Shown in pieces: positions 1 to 8,274 of a stretch of DNA of 32,193 nt. Below the pieces are notes generated by a model. The model saw only the letters and a list, made by a program, of their open reading frames with translations, made no database searches and had not been told where the DNA came from. The DNA lies in NCBI GenBank assembly GCA_022564135.1, contig JADFLZ010000001.1, forward strand, positions 1 through 32,193, in the 5' to 3' direction. Position 1 is the stretch's first letter, and each line of letters opens with the position of its first letter. The DNA comes from Candidatus Zixiibacteriota bacterium (GTDB lineage: Bacteria; Zixibacteria; MSB-5A5; GN15; FEB-12). A program made the position numbers and the translations under genes.

Positions 1-1
1 C

Positions 2-1414
2 ATCGGCATAGATAATGATTATCAGGAGTCGAGCTTTTCTACTTATAACAGCCGGCCGCTCGACGCTGTCAGGGTTACAGCGGCACACGAATATTTTCAT
101 GCTGTGCATTTCGGAATTGACTTTACTGAAATGGAGAACTGGACAGGCGGCGCTCAGCAAAGACGTTACTGGTATGAAATGTCTGCAACCTGGATGGAAG
201 AAGAAATTTATGATGATATAAACGACTATTACTCGGTATTGCCTTTCTTTTTTAACAGGCCGCGCGAATCAATTCAGCAGTTTAACGGCCCGGCTGATTT
301 TCATCCTTATGGTTCCTGCGTTTATCCAATATTTCTCTCAGAAAAGTACGGGGCGGATATTATCAAATCTATCTGGCTGAAATGCGGTACTATGGGAGTC
401 GGCCCCAACTTTCTGATAGCCACGGAAATCGCGATTGACTCAGCCAGCGGTGGTACCGAAAATTTTCGTTCTGCATTTGGTGAGTTTGCTCTTTGGAACT
501 ATTTTACCGGCTCCAGAGCCGCCAGTGCACCTCCTGGTGTGGGCTATTCGGAACGAGCGTTTTACCCGGAAATCCCTGAAACTTCATTTACGATTGTAAG
601 CAGTTACCCAGCTTCCTTACTTGGAAATGCCAACCCCAAAAATCCGGTGCCCAATTCCGCAGCCTATTTGAAACTGGAGAACATGCGAGCTATAGATTAC
701 ACGGCTGACTCAAATTTCCGTATCTTTGCTACATTAGGGGACGGAATCGATTCCTCGCTGCCTCAAGGCTGGGCGGTGGGGACTGCCTTGCAGTCTGACA
801 CAATTTCAACAGAATATTTCAGCACGCTTTCATTTGCCAATGATGACGCGGTGGCATTTATTACAATTTCTCAGCCAAGACAGTATCGTTCGGTTACTTT
901 GATTTTGGCTCCGGCCTCCTGGAAGCGTGAGCCATTTAGCTCGTTAGACTGGGAAACTAGTTTCGGTTACATTATAAATGAACTACTGGTAGACTCACTA
1001 ATTGATACTGTGATAACCATTGATACCAACGCTATCAATATTACCGCGGCCATTCTCACGGCCTACCCCAATCCGGCAGTCTTAAGCAATATGAACGAGC
1101 CGACTCTTACCTTCCGTTTCCAGATTCCGACAGATTCAATCTCTGTTCCGATTTACAGCTCGCCATACTGCGTAGTCGATATTTATACGGCAGCGGGTGA
1201 ATTTATCAGCAGCCGTGAAGCTGACGCTGATCCCTATATCAACCCTGACCCGTTTATTCGAACAGTTGGTTTTGAGATTGACTGGAATATGCGGAGTCAA
1301 TCCGGCCAACTCGCTTCATCGGGTGTTTATCTCTGTCTGATGCGACTGTACACGTCGATTAAACGAGATGAACTAATAGCTGAAGACAGAGCCAAGGTTT
1401 TAATAGTAAGATGA
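2..1414 (+). CDS. Secreted HExxH zinc metalloprotease (resembles the MXAN_6640-type putative metalloprotease family) with a T9SS/FlgD-Ig-like C-terminal sorting domain. It is 5'-truncated by the window edge.
   Basis: The frame is open from nt 2 with no stop before the listed GTG at 104. The HEYFH motif (HExxH) is encoded at 86-100, in the context AAHEYFHAVHFGID. The C-terminal ~120 aa (about 1040-1411) has the typical Por/T9SS CTD pattern: AYPNP...LTFRF...VDIYTAAGEF...WNMRSQSGQLASSGVYLCLMRL...AKVLIVR. The stop overlaps the next start (ATGA). Confidence 0.7.
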   Translation: MGIDNDYQESSFSTYNSRPLDAVRVTAAHEYFHAVHFGIDFTEMENWTGGAQQRRYWYEMSATWMEEEIYDDINDYYSVLPFFFNRPRESIQQFNGPADFHPYGSCVYPIFLSEKYGADIIKSIWLKCGTMGVGPNFLIATEIAIDSASGGTENFRSAFGEFALWNYFTGSRAASAPPGVGYSERAFYPEIPETSFTIVSSYPASLLGNANPKNPVPNSAAYLKLENMRAIDYTADSNFRIFATLGDGIDSSLPQGWAVGTALQSDTISTEYFSTLSFANDDAVAFITISQPRQYRSVTLILAPASWKREPFSSLDWETSFGYIINELLVDSLIDTVITIDTNAINITAAILTAYPNPAVLSNMNEPTLTFRFQIPTDSISVPIYSSPYCVVDIYTAAGEFISSREADADPYINPDPFIRTVGFEIDWNMRSQSGQLASSGVYLCLMRLYTSIKRDELIAEDRAKVLIVR

Positions 1415-1938
1415 CGGGCAGTCCACGGCTGGTGGCCAGGGTTGCACTTTTTACTGCTCTTATTTATGTCCTGTCCTGGGGGACTACTTTTCTGCCAAAT
1501 ATAAACCCGATTTTCTTTTTGGTTTTTTCCGCGGGCTACTGCTGGGGCATGATGCCCGGAATTCTGACCGGTATTATCGGCATGGGCTTGTGGACTTTTT
1601 TTAATCCGTTCGGACCGGCGCCGCTGCCGGTGGCCATAGCTCAAATTGCCGGCACAGCTTTTTGCGGTCTCTTTGGATCTTTTTTTACAAATGTTATCAA
1701 GCCGGATAAGCTGAACTGGCGTTCTTATGTTATTCTCACATTCTGCGGACTTTTGTGCAGCACGCTTTTTTTTACGGGTGTCAGCGCAGTTGATGCAGTC
1801 ATGTTTCAGCCTTTCAAACCACGATTTGTATCAGGTATGTTGTTTGCGGCCTACGCTATTTTAGCCAACGGCATAATTTTCCCGTTGCTTTTTAGTTTGC
1901 TTCGACCTTTCTATTTACGGGAAAACCTGATCAAATGA
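1411..1938 (+). CDS. Small polytopic inner-membrane protein, possibly a solitary ECF-transporter S-component-like substrate binder.
   Basis: 175 aa with about 5-6 hydrophobic segments rich in G/F/P (LFTALIYVLSW, GILTGIIGMGLWTFFNPFG, ILANGIIFPLLF). It has ATGA overlaps with both the upstream and downstream genes. The S-component assignment rests on overall resemblance only, and no EcfA/EcfT genes are in the window. Confidence 0.5.
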   Translation: MTGSPRLVARVALFTALIYVLSWGTTFLPNINPIFFLVFSAGYCWGMMPGILTGIIGMGLWTFFNPFGPAPLPVAIAQIAGTAFCGLFGSFFTNVIKPDKLNWRSYVILTFCGLLCSTLFFTGVSAVDAVMFQPFKPRFVSGMLFAAYAILANGIIFPLLFSLLRPFYLRENLIK

Positions 1939-3944
1939 ATTTAACCAGATTGACATTGCTTCTTTTAGTCCTGTTTGCTGCGAATTTTGTGGCGGCACAG
2001 GAAAGTGAAAGTGACAGTTCCCGGACAGATTCACTTAAAGATTCTGTTGTTGTCGTTGATAGTCTAAAGCCGGGGGATGAAATACTTGATGAGCTGACCG
2101 AATCTCAGCGCAAGCTGCTGGATATGGGCCGACGTCTCGAAGAATTCAAGGCCGCCCGGCAGCTGCTTCCGCGACTTTCCTTTTATGACAGCCTGATAAC
2201 CTATTTCGCATCCGAAAGGTTTAATCGCCGTAAGCAAATCGACCGCTCCGTTTATTTTGATGCCGGAGATTATTTCAAATTCGACCCTTCGTTTATGATC
2301 TGGGATTATCAGACGGTACCGCTGCGAAAAACTGTGCAGCCCTTTGGTCTGAGCGGCAGCCGCCTTAATATTTTTTCAAACGGTTATCAGCATCAGCCGT
2401 TTGAACATATCATCGAACCGGACGGCATGACTGACATGAACGATATCCCGACAGCGCTTGACGGCAATATTTATATTATACCGGGCGCGCTGGGACAATT
2501 TTTGGGCGGGCGGCAGCCGGCGGCGACACTGCTGACTACTCCTCTTAAAACCGAAGACGACCAGCCTGCTACTATATTACTGGCAGATAAGGGCTGGTAC
2601 GGTTACGACTATGTCCGCGGAGGCTATAGCCGGAAATTCGCCAGTGGCCGCCAGATATCTTTCTTTTTAGGAAGCCGCGATACGGACGGCGTCGTATTCG
2701 GAAGAGGCGATGATAACTCACACTACAAAGCCTCGGTTTATCTGCCTCTGACAGATAACATGGCCATTATATCTGCGGGGCAGATGTATGAGCGAGATGC
2801 AGCATTTGTAGTTCGTCCCGGACTCAGCACCCTGCCGTTTACAAGAAAACGCTTTGACCGCAGTTTCAGAACTGCTCTTGAATTCCAAAACGACAGCCGC
2901 ACTTCGCGGGCAGAAATCGGCTATGAGCATTTGCGCCAGGGTTCTTACCTTGATTTTGCCTACAAAGGCAGATTTAACCGTACCGGACATGGCAGTTTTT
3001 TCAAATATGAAAAAGCTGACGGCTCAAAACTGTGGCAGCTGGAATCCAGGGCAAACATTTTAGAATATGATAATGGCTTTGGTCAGTTCGACCGCTTCAG
3101 CGCCTCGTTTTTTGTTAATATGTTAAAACTAAATGAGTCCGGGAAGTTTGGCATTAGAGCCGGCTCATACTACTCAGACGACTATAATTTCATGCCGTCT
3201 ATAGCAACGCTATACCAATTTGAAAGCGACAAATTTTTTGTGCAGTTGTCAGCATCATACTCTGAAAACGAGCCGTCACTGCACCAGTTGAATCTGCCGT
3301 ACCAGGAAGCAGACATCTTCGGCACGTTTGGATGGAATTATGCCGAGGGGGGAACCCCAAATTTGAAGAAAGAAAGACTTTTAGTCGGCAATCTGATAAT
3401 TGAACCCGGTACGGTCGAGAACAAAATTACTCTCAGCATTACTGGAGGGAGAATAAGCAACGTAATTGAGTGGACAGACCAGTTCTTGCCCGGAGCCGGC
3501 AGTCCAAAGTTTTATTCACCTGTTAACGACAACCTGACTTTCTATACAGCTTCAGTAAAGCCAAGTTTGCGGCTGTCGGATTTTTTGAGATTTGATGCAG
3601 GTGGTGCGTATTTTAAATTTGATTACGATACTCTGGGAGTCAGACCATATCGTCCGGAGTATAATTTATTTTCTGGATTAGAGCTTCATTATTATTGGAA
3701 GAGCCGCTTAGTAAATTTGTATGCCTATGGCGAGCTGAGATACGTTGGTCCTTACGATGGCTACGACAAGACCGGTTTAGGCGAAGAACTGGTAGCCAAT
3801 ACAAAATTTACAATCGGCCTGCATAATTTCAGTTTCCATCTGGTTTTTCAAAACCATTTCGATAATCAATATGAACTGCGTGAAAATCTGACCGTTCCCG
3901 GCCGTGTCTTTTATTACGGTCTGGTCTGGAAGTTTTACGATTAG
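1935..3944 (+). CDS. Outer-membrane beta-barrel protein, TonB-dependent-receptor-like with a degenerate plug.
   Basis: Signal peptide MNLTRLTLLLLVLFAANFVAAQE. There is a plug-like segment (SGSRLNIFSNGYQ...MNDIPTALDGNIYIIPGALGQFLGG). The rest shows long alternating aromatic/polar beta-strand patterning with an aromatic-rich C-terminus (YYGLVWKFYD). Confidence 0.55.
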   Translation: MNLTRLTLLLLVLFAANFVAAQESESDSSRTDSLKDSVVVVDSLKPGDEILDELTESQRKLLDMGRRLEEFKAARQLLPRLSFYDSLITYFASERFNRRKQIDRSVYFDAGDYFKFDPSFMIWDYQTVPLRKTVQPFGLSGSRLNIFSNGYQHQPFEHIIEPDGMTDMNDIPTALDGNIYIIPGALGQFLGGRQPAATLLTTPLKTEDDQPATILLADKGWYGYDYVRGGYSRKFASGRQISFFLGSRDTDGVVFGRGDDNSHYKASVYLPLTDNMAIISAGQMYERDAAFVVRPGLSTLPFTRKRFDRSFRTALEFQNDSRTSRAEIGYEHLRQGSYLDFAYKGRFNRTGHGSFFKYEKADGSKLWQLESRANILEYDNGFGQFDRFSASFFVNMLKLNESGKFGIRAGSYYSDDYNFMPSIATLYQFESDKFFVQLSASYSENEPSLHQLNLPYQEADIFGTFGWNYAEGGTPNLKKERLLVGNLIIEPGTVENKITLSITGGRISNVIEWTDQFLPGAGSPKFYSPVNDNLTFYTASVKPSLRLSDFLRFDAGGAYFKFDYDTLGVRPYRPEYNLFSGLELHYYWKSRLVNLYAYGELRYVGPYDGYDKTGLGEELVANTKFTIGLHNFSFHLVFQNHFDNQYELRENLTVPGRVFYYGLVWKFYD

Positions 3945-3952
3945 GGGTTTGG

Positions 3953-5236
3953 ATGCGCTCTGTACTTTTTAGAAAAGATGTCATGGGCTGGTCGCTTTAC
4001 GACTTTGCCAACACCATCTTTTCTATGAATATTATATCGCTTTATCTGAAACGTTATATCGTTGAGGATCTGGGCAAAGATGACCGCTGGTTTGATATCC
4101 CTTATTCGATTTCGATGGTGATAGCGGCCATAGTTCTGCCGGCCATGGGAGCGATTTCCGACCATTCGACCAAGAAAAAAACGTTTGTCATCCTGTTTAC
4201 AATTACTTGCTGCTTCGCGACCGGTCTGATGTCACTGGTGCCGGCTTCGTCGGTAATGCTGATAGTTCTGCTTTTGATAATTTCGAACTTCACCTATGAA
4301 GCCTCGATGCCTTTTTACAACGCCTTGCTTTATTCGGTAGCTTATGGAAAAGAAGCCAGGTTTGTTTCCGGGTTTGGAGTAGCCTTTGGCTATATGGGTG
4401 CGATTTTAGGAGTCCTGGCGGTCGGTCCCTTTGTCGATATGTACGGCAAGCAAGGCTCGTTTCTGCCGACGGCAGTAATGTTCTTACTGCTGAGTATTCC
4501 TTTTGTTTTATGGGTTCGTGAGAAACCGGTAAAGTTTCCCGGCAAAACGACTATAAAAAAAGCCTATCAGGATGTCTGGGACGGCATTCGCATGACCAAG
4601 AAGTATCCGGGTGTAGCGCGTTTTTTAGTGGCTGACTATTTTTTCGAAGACGCCGTAACAACTGTCATAATAAATATCAGCCTGTACTGTTCTATTGTGC
4701 TGGGATTCTCTGAAGTAGGCATCAGATATTTTCTGATTATAACACCTATATCTGCCGTAATCGGCTCTTACATAATAGGCTATCTTGCCCGGACATACTG
4801 TCTCAAAAAAATGTTGAACATAATAATCTGGGGCTGGGTTATTTCATTGATTGCTTTCGTATTTGTGGAAAATGTTATTTTGATATACATCCTGGGTTCG
4901 ATTGTTGGCGTTCTTTTGGGGGGACTCTGGACAACTTCGCGGCCGCTTCTGGCCGAACTGGTTCCCCGGGAAGAGCTTGGCCGATTTTTCGGGCTGTTTT
5001 CTCTTTCCGGCAGAGCAGCAGCTATTGTCGGGCCTCTTCTTTGGACCACCGTGGTCTATTTCTTTAATCCAGAGCGACCGATGGGGCAGTTTGTGGTTAA
5101 TGCTCTGGGAATTGAAGAGGCCAACCAGGCGGCGCTGCCATATAAAATCGGCATATTAACTCTGGTTGCCATGATGCTGGTTGGGTTATATATATTCAGG
5201 AAAGTTCCAACGACGGAGTCAAAAGTTAGTGGCTAA
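3953..5236 (+). CDS. MFS transporter, UMF1/Atg22-like family.
   Basis: 427 aa with about 12 TM segments. The N-terminal WSLYDFANTIFSMNI motif is typical of UMF1/Atg22-type MFS proteins. Confidence 0.75.
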   Translation: MRSVLFRKDVMGWSLYDFANTIFSMNIISLYLKRYIVEDLGKDDRWFDIPYSISMVIAAIVLPAMGAISDHSTKKKTFVILFTITCCFATGLMSLVPASSVMLIVLLLIISNFTYEASMPFYNALLYSVAYGKEARFVSGFGVAFGYMGAILGVLAVGPFVDMYGKQGSFLPTAVMFLLLSIPFVLWVREKPVKFPGKTTIKKAYQDVWDGIRMTKKYPGVARFLVADYFFEDAVTTVIINISLYCSIVLGFSEVGIRYFLIITPISAVIGSYIIGYLARTYCLKKMLNIIIWGWVISLIAFVFVENVILIYILGSIVGVLLGGLWTTSRPLLAELVPREELGRFFGLFSLSGRAAAIVGPLLWTTVVYFFNPERPMGQFVVNALGIEEANQAALPYKIGILTLVAMMLVGLYIFRKVPTTESKVSG

Positions 5237-6281
5237 AAAAGTCGGCGACTGGTACAACTATTCCGGAGCCATACATATGCATACTACCGAGTCGGACGGC
5301 ACCAAATCACTTGAGGAAGTCGCCGAGATAGGGCAGAAATGCGGCCTGGATTTTATGCTCTTTTCTGATCATATGACTCTGGAGTTGAAAAAATCGGGGA
5401 AAGAAGGATTTTACGGCAAAACTCTGGTCTTAATCGGCTACGAACACAACGACCCTGATGACAAAAATCACTTTCTCATATTCGAATCTCCGAAAGTCTA
5501 CCCCGAAGAAATGTCGGTCAAAGAATATGTCAGCGCTGCGGTCTCTGATAAGAGTATAAATTTTCTGGCACATCCTGATGAGATCCGCCAAACCCTGAGA
5601 GAATATCCGCCGTATCCCTGGACAGACTGGTCTGTCGAGGGGTTTACCGGAATTGAACTCTGGAATCATATGTCAGAATGGATGGAGAAGCTGACCAGAT
5701 ACAATAAACTGCTAATGACCTTTTCGCCGAGAAAGTCGATGGTCGGTCCGACAGCACGGCTATTAAAGAAATGGGACGAATTAAATCTAAAACGTAAAGT
5801 AGTCGGTATTGCCGGAGTGGATGCCCACGCCTTTCCTGTCAAGGCCGGGCCGTTTACTGTTGAAATTTTCCCCTACAAAGTGCATTTCAGGGCTCTTCGC
5901 AGCCATGTTCTTTTGCCGCATCCTCTTTCGGAAGAACTCGAACAAGCCAAATGGCAAATCTACGATGCCTTAAGAGATTGCCGGGTGTTCTTTTCAAATA
6001 TGCGCTGGGGAGAGGCAGACAGTTTTGAATTCTATGGCATTCAGGGCTCCTCCCGGGTTGTTTGCGGAGGCAGCCTTGAGTCAGCTGATAACGCCAGGCT
6101 TCAAATAAAGCTGCCCGAAAAGGCCTCCATCAAGCTGATTCATAATGGCAATACAGTTCTCTCAGCAGATACTGACAATCTCGAATACTCGGTCAAAGAG
6201 AAGGGGATATACCGGGTTGAAGCCTGGAAAGGCTCTCGAGGCTGGATTTTTTCCAATCACATTCGAATCGGGGTCTCCTGA
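5229..6281 (+). CDS. PHP-domain metal-dependent phosphoesterase.
   Basis: N-terminal PHP signature GAIHMHTTESDGT...DFMLFSDH, with a later GVDAHAF histidine motif. The listed ORF begins at a TTG at 5181. I prefer the GTG at 5229, which has GGAG at 5215-5218 ten nt upstream and overlaps the MFS stop by 8 nt. The start remains uncertain. Confidence 0.7.
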   Translation: MAKKVGDWYNYSGAIHMHTTESDGTKSLEEVAEIGQKCGLDFMLFSDHMTLELKKSGKEGFYGKTLVLIGYEHNDPDDKNHFLIFESPKVYPEEMSVKEYVSAAVSDKSINFLAHPDEIRQTLREYPPYPWTDWSVEGFTGIELWNHMSEWMEKLTRYNKLLMTFSPRKSMVGPTARLLKKWDELNLKRKVVGIAGVDAHAFPVKAGPFTVEIFPYKVHFRALRSHVLLPHPLSEELEQAKWQIYDALRDCRVFFSNMRWGEADSFEFYGIQGSSRVVCGGSLESADNARLQIKLPEKASIKLIHNGNTVLSADTDNLEYSVKEKGIYRVEAWKGSRGWIFSNHIRIGVS

Positions 6282-6294
6282 CCGGCTGTTCTGA

Positions 6295-6690
6295 ATGGAA
6301 TATCAAGTTTGCAGTTTCTTTGGAGAATCAAGGCAGAGCCTGCCCGCAGGGGATACGGCCTGCAAGTTTGTGCTGGTCAGAAATCAAAAGACGACCTGGC
6401 TTGTTTTTGGCCCTATTGAAAAATATCACTATCACGCCCACTTAGTTGAGGGACTGTCTGACCATCTGGGCATAGCTTCTGTGTGGGTTAAAAAGCCGGA
6501 TCTGGTTAATATTCCTGATAAAGATGTCGAAATTATGGGTGGGGGGATCATGAATTTTGACTCGAATGAGAATCTGATTAAATTTGAGGGGATTTCAAGA
6601 GCCTATGGGGAATTTGACAGTAGCGAATTACAGAATCTTTTGAAGAGTCACCGCCTGTTTAAAAACAGTTTAACTAAAGTTGGAACGTGA
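6295..6690 (+). CDS. Small cytoplasmic protein resembling the PHPT1/Janus-Ocnus family (14-kDa phosphohistidine phosphatase).
   Basis: 131 aa, starting 13 nt after the PHP gene stop. Three blocks line up with human PHPT1 as I recall it: CKFVLVR vs FKYVLIR, KYHYHAHLVE vs AEYHADIYD (catalytic His region), and MGGGIMNF..NLIKFEGISRAYGEFD vs LGGGRISH..KKIHVYGYSMAYGPAQ. This is pattern-level similarity only. Confidence 0.45.
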   Translation: MEYQVCSFFGESRQSLPAGDTACKFVLVRNQKTTWLVFGPIEKYHYHAHLVEGLSDHLGIASVWVKKPDLVNIPDKDVEIMGGGIMNFDSNENLIKFEGISRAYGEFDSSELQNLLKSHRLFKNSLTKVGT

Positions 6691-6777
6691 GCCGGTGTTT
6701 TGCGATTATAGAACTAAAGGGGTCTTGAATGTTGTGCGTTATCAAAAAAGCTAATTGCTATGTACAGGTGAAAAACC

Positions 6778-6806
6778 TTGACTTTGAAACCGAGTCGGGC
6801 TACTGT
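6778..6806 (+). promoter_or_regulatory. Candidate sigma70-like promoter for the nuo operon.
   Basis: TTGACT (6778-6783), a 17 nt spacer, then TACTGT (6801-6806), 24 nt upstream of the nuoA ATG. The -10 is weak, and the consensus may not apply in this lineage. Confidence 0.25.
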
Positions 6807-6829
6807 GCTGGCCTTATAAAATTGTAATT

Positions 6830-7186
6830 ATGTTTGAACAGTTATTTCCAATTCTGATGCTTTTTGTAGTCGCCGCCGTTCTGGCGGGGGTGCTGATCTT
6901 CTTGTCTATATTTATTGGCAGAAGAACAAAATTAGGCAAAAAAGGGCAGCCCTATGAATGCGGGATTGATCCCGAAGGGACAACCCGTGAGCCGTTTCCC
7001 GTAAAATTCTATATGGTTGCTATTCTTTTTATTCTTTTCGAAATCGAAGTCATTTTCCTTTATCCCTGGGCAGTTATCTCCAAGGAATTAGGCCTGTTTG
7101 GTTTTATAGAAATGCTCGTATTTGTGGTGATTCTTTTGGTTGGTTATTTTTACATTCTCGGAACGGGCGCCCTAAAATGGGACTAG
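6830..7186 (+). CDS. nuoA: NADH-quinone oxidoreductase subunit A.
   Basis: 118 aa with 3 TM segments, the conserved PYECG motif, and first position in the nuo gene order. Confidence 0.95.
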   Translation: MFEQLFPILMLFVVAAVLAGVLIFLSIFIGRRTKLGKKGQPYECGIDPEGTTREPFPVKFYMVAILFILFEIEVIFLYPWAVISKELGLFGFIEMLVFVVILLVGYFYILGTGALKWD

Positions 7187-7680
7187 AAGAAAAAATTCCT
7201 GACTCTATTATATTGACGTCGCTGGACAAGATGGTCAACTGGGCCAGAAAGCGGTCAATGTGGCCGCTGGGATTTGGTCTGGCCTGTTGTGCCATTGAAA
7301 TGATTTCCACTTTTGCAGCACACTTTGATCTGGCTCGTTACGGAATGGAAGTAATGCGGGCTTCACCCCGGCAGGCCGACCTTATGATAGTTGCCGGACG
7401 CGTTTCTATGAAAATGGTGCCGGTAATCAAGACCTTGTACGAGCAAATGCCGAACCCCAAATGGGTTATTTCAATGGGAGCCTGTGCCTCATGTGGCGGG
7501 GTGTTCAATAATTATGCCATTTTGCAGGGTGTGGACAGAATCATTCCGGTGGATATTTATGTTCCGGGTTGTCCTCCGAGACCCGAACAGCTGATGGACG
7601 GCATTTTGAAGCTGCAGGAAATAGTAGAAAAAGATTCCCTGAAAAAAGTTCATGAAGAGTGGGGACGTAAGGTCGTTTAG
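7177..7680 (+). CDS. nuoB: NADH-quinone oxidoreductase subunit B (cluster N2 carrier).
   Basis: Contains [17 protein letters not shown] and PGCPPRPE motifs. It overlaps nuoA by 10 nt. Confidence 0.97.
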   Translation: MGLEEKIPDSIILTSLDKMVNWARKRSMWPLGFGLACCAIEMISTFAAHFDLARYGMEVMRASPRQADLMIVAGRVSMKMVPVIKTLYEQMPNPKWVISMGACASCGGVFNNYAILQGVDRIIPVDIYVPGCPPRPEQLMDGILKLQEIVEKDSLKKVHEEWGRKVV

Positions 7681-7752
7681 TTAAACTATGACGTCTTATA
7701 GTAAGAGGAAAGCTTTGCCAAGGATTGTGAAATTAGGAACAAGCGTTAACTG

Positions 7753-8274
7753 ATGAGAACATTGCTCTCCGAGTTTCTAAAAAGTAAGTTCGCTGATCGT
7801 ATTACGGAACAAGAACTGTTTCGTGACCAGCAGTCTTTTGTCGTCGAGCCCGAATCCATCGTGTCCGTATGTGAAGCTCTTTTGAATGATGAAAATCTCG
7901 AGGTCAAGTTTCTGGCCGACATTACCTGTGTCGACTGGCTGGGACATGAGCAGGAAAAGCAGGGGCGCTTTGAAGTAGTCTACAATCTATATTCATATAA
8001 GCATTCATACCGGTTTTTCCTGAAAGTTCGCCTTGACGGCGAAAGCCTCAGCGTCGGTACTTTGACCGGCTTATGGAAAGGGGCCAACTGGCTGGAGCGC
8101 GAAGTTTTTGACCTGTTTGGGATAAAATTTGAAGGTCACCCCAATCTGACCAAGATTGTTACTCCCGATGAACTCGAAGGCCACCCATTGCGCAAAGACT
8201 TTCCTTTGACCTGGGAGCAGCCGGTATTTTCATGGAACAAAGATGACCCGCCTGAGGTGAGAAATGAGCGCTGA
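7753..8274 (+). CDS. nuoC: NADH-quinone oxidoreductase subunit C (30-kDa subunit).
   Basis: Contains the WLEREVFDLFGIKFEGHPNL signature. AGGAA lies 13 nt upstream of the ATG. Confidence 0.95.
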   Translation: MRTLLSEFLKSKFADRITEQELFRDQQSFVVEPESIVSVCEALLNDENLEVKFLADITCVDWLGHEQEKQGRFEVVYNLYSYKHSYRFFLKVRLDGESLSVGTLTGLWKGANWLEREVFDLFGIKFEGHPNLTKIVTPDELEGHPLRKDFPLTWEQPVFSWNKDDPPEVRNER

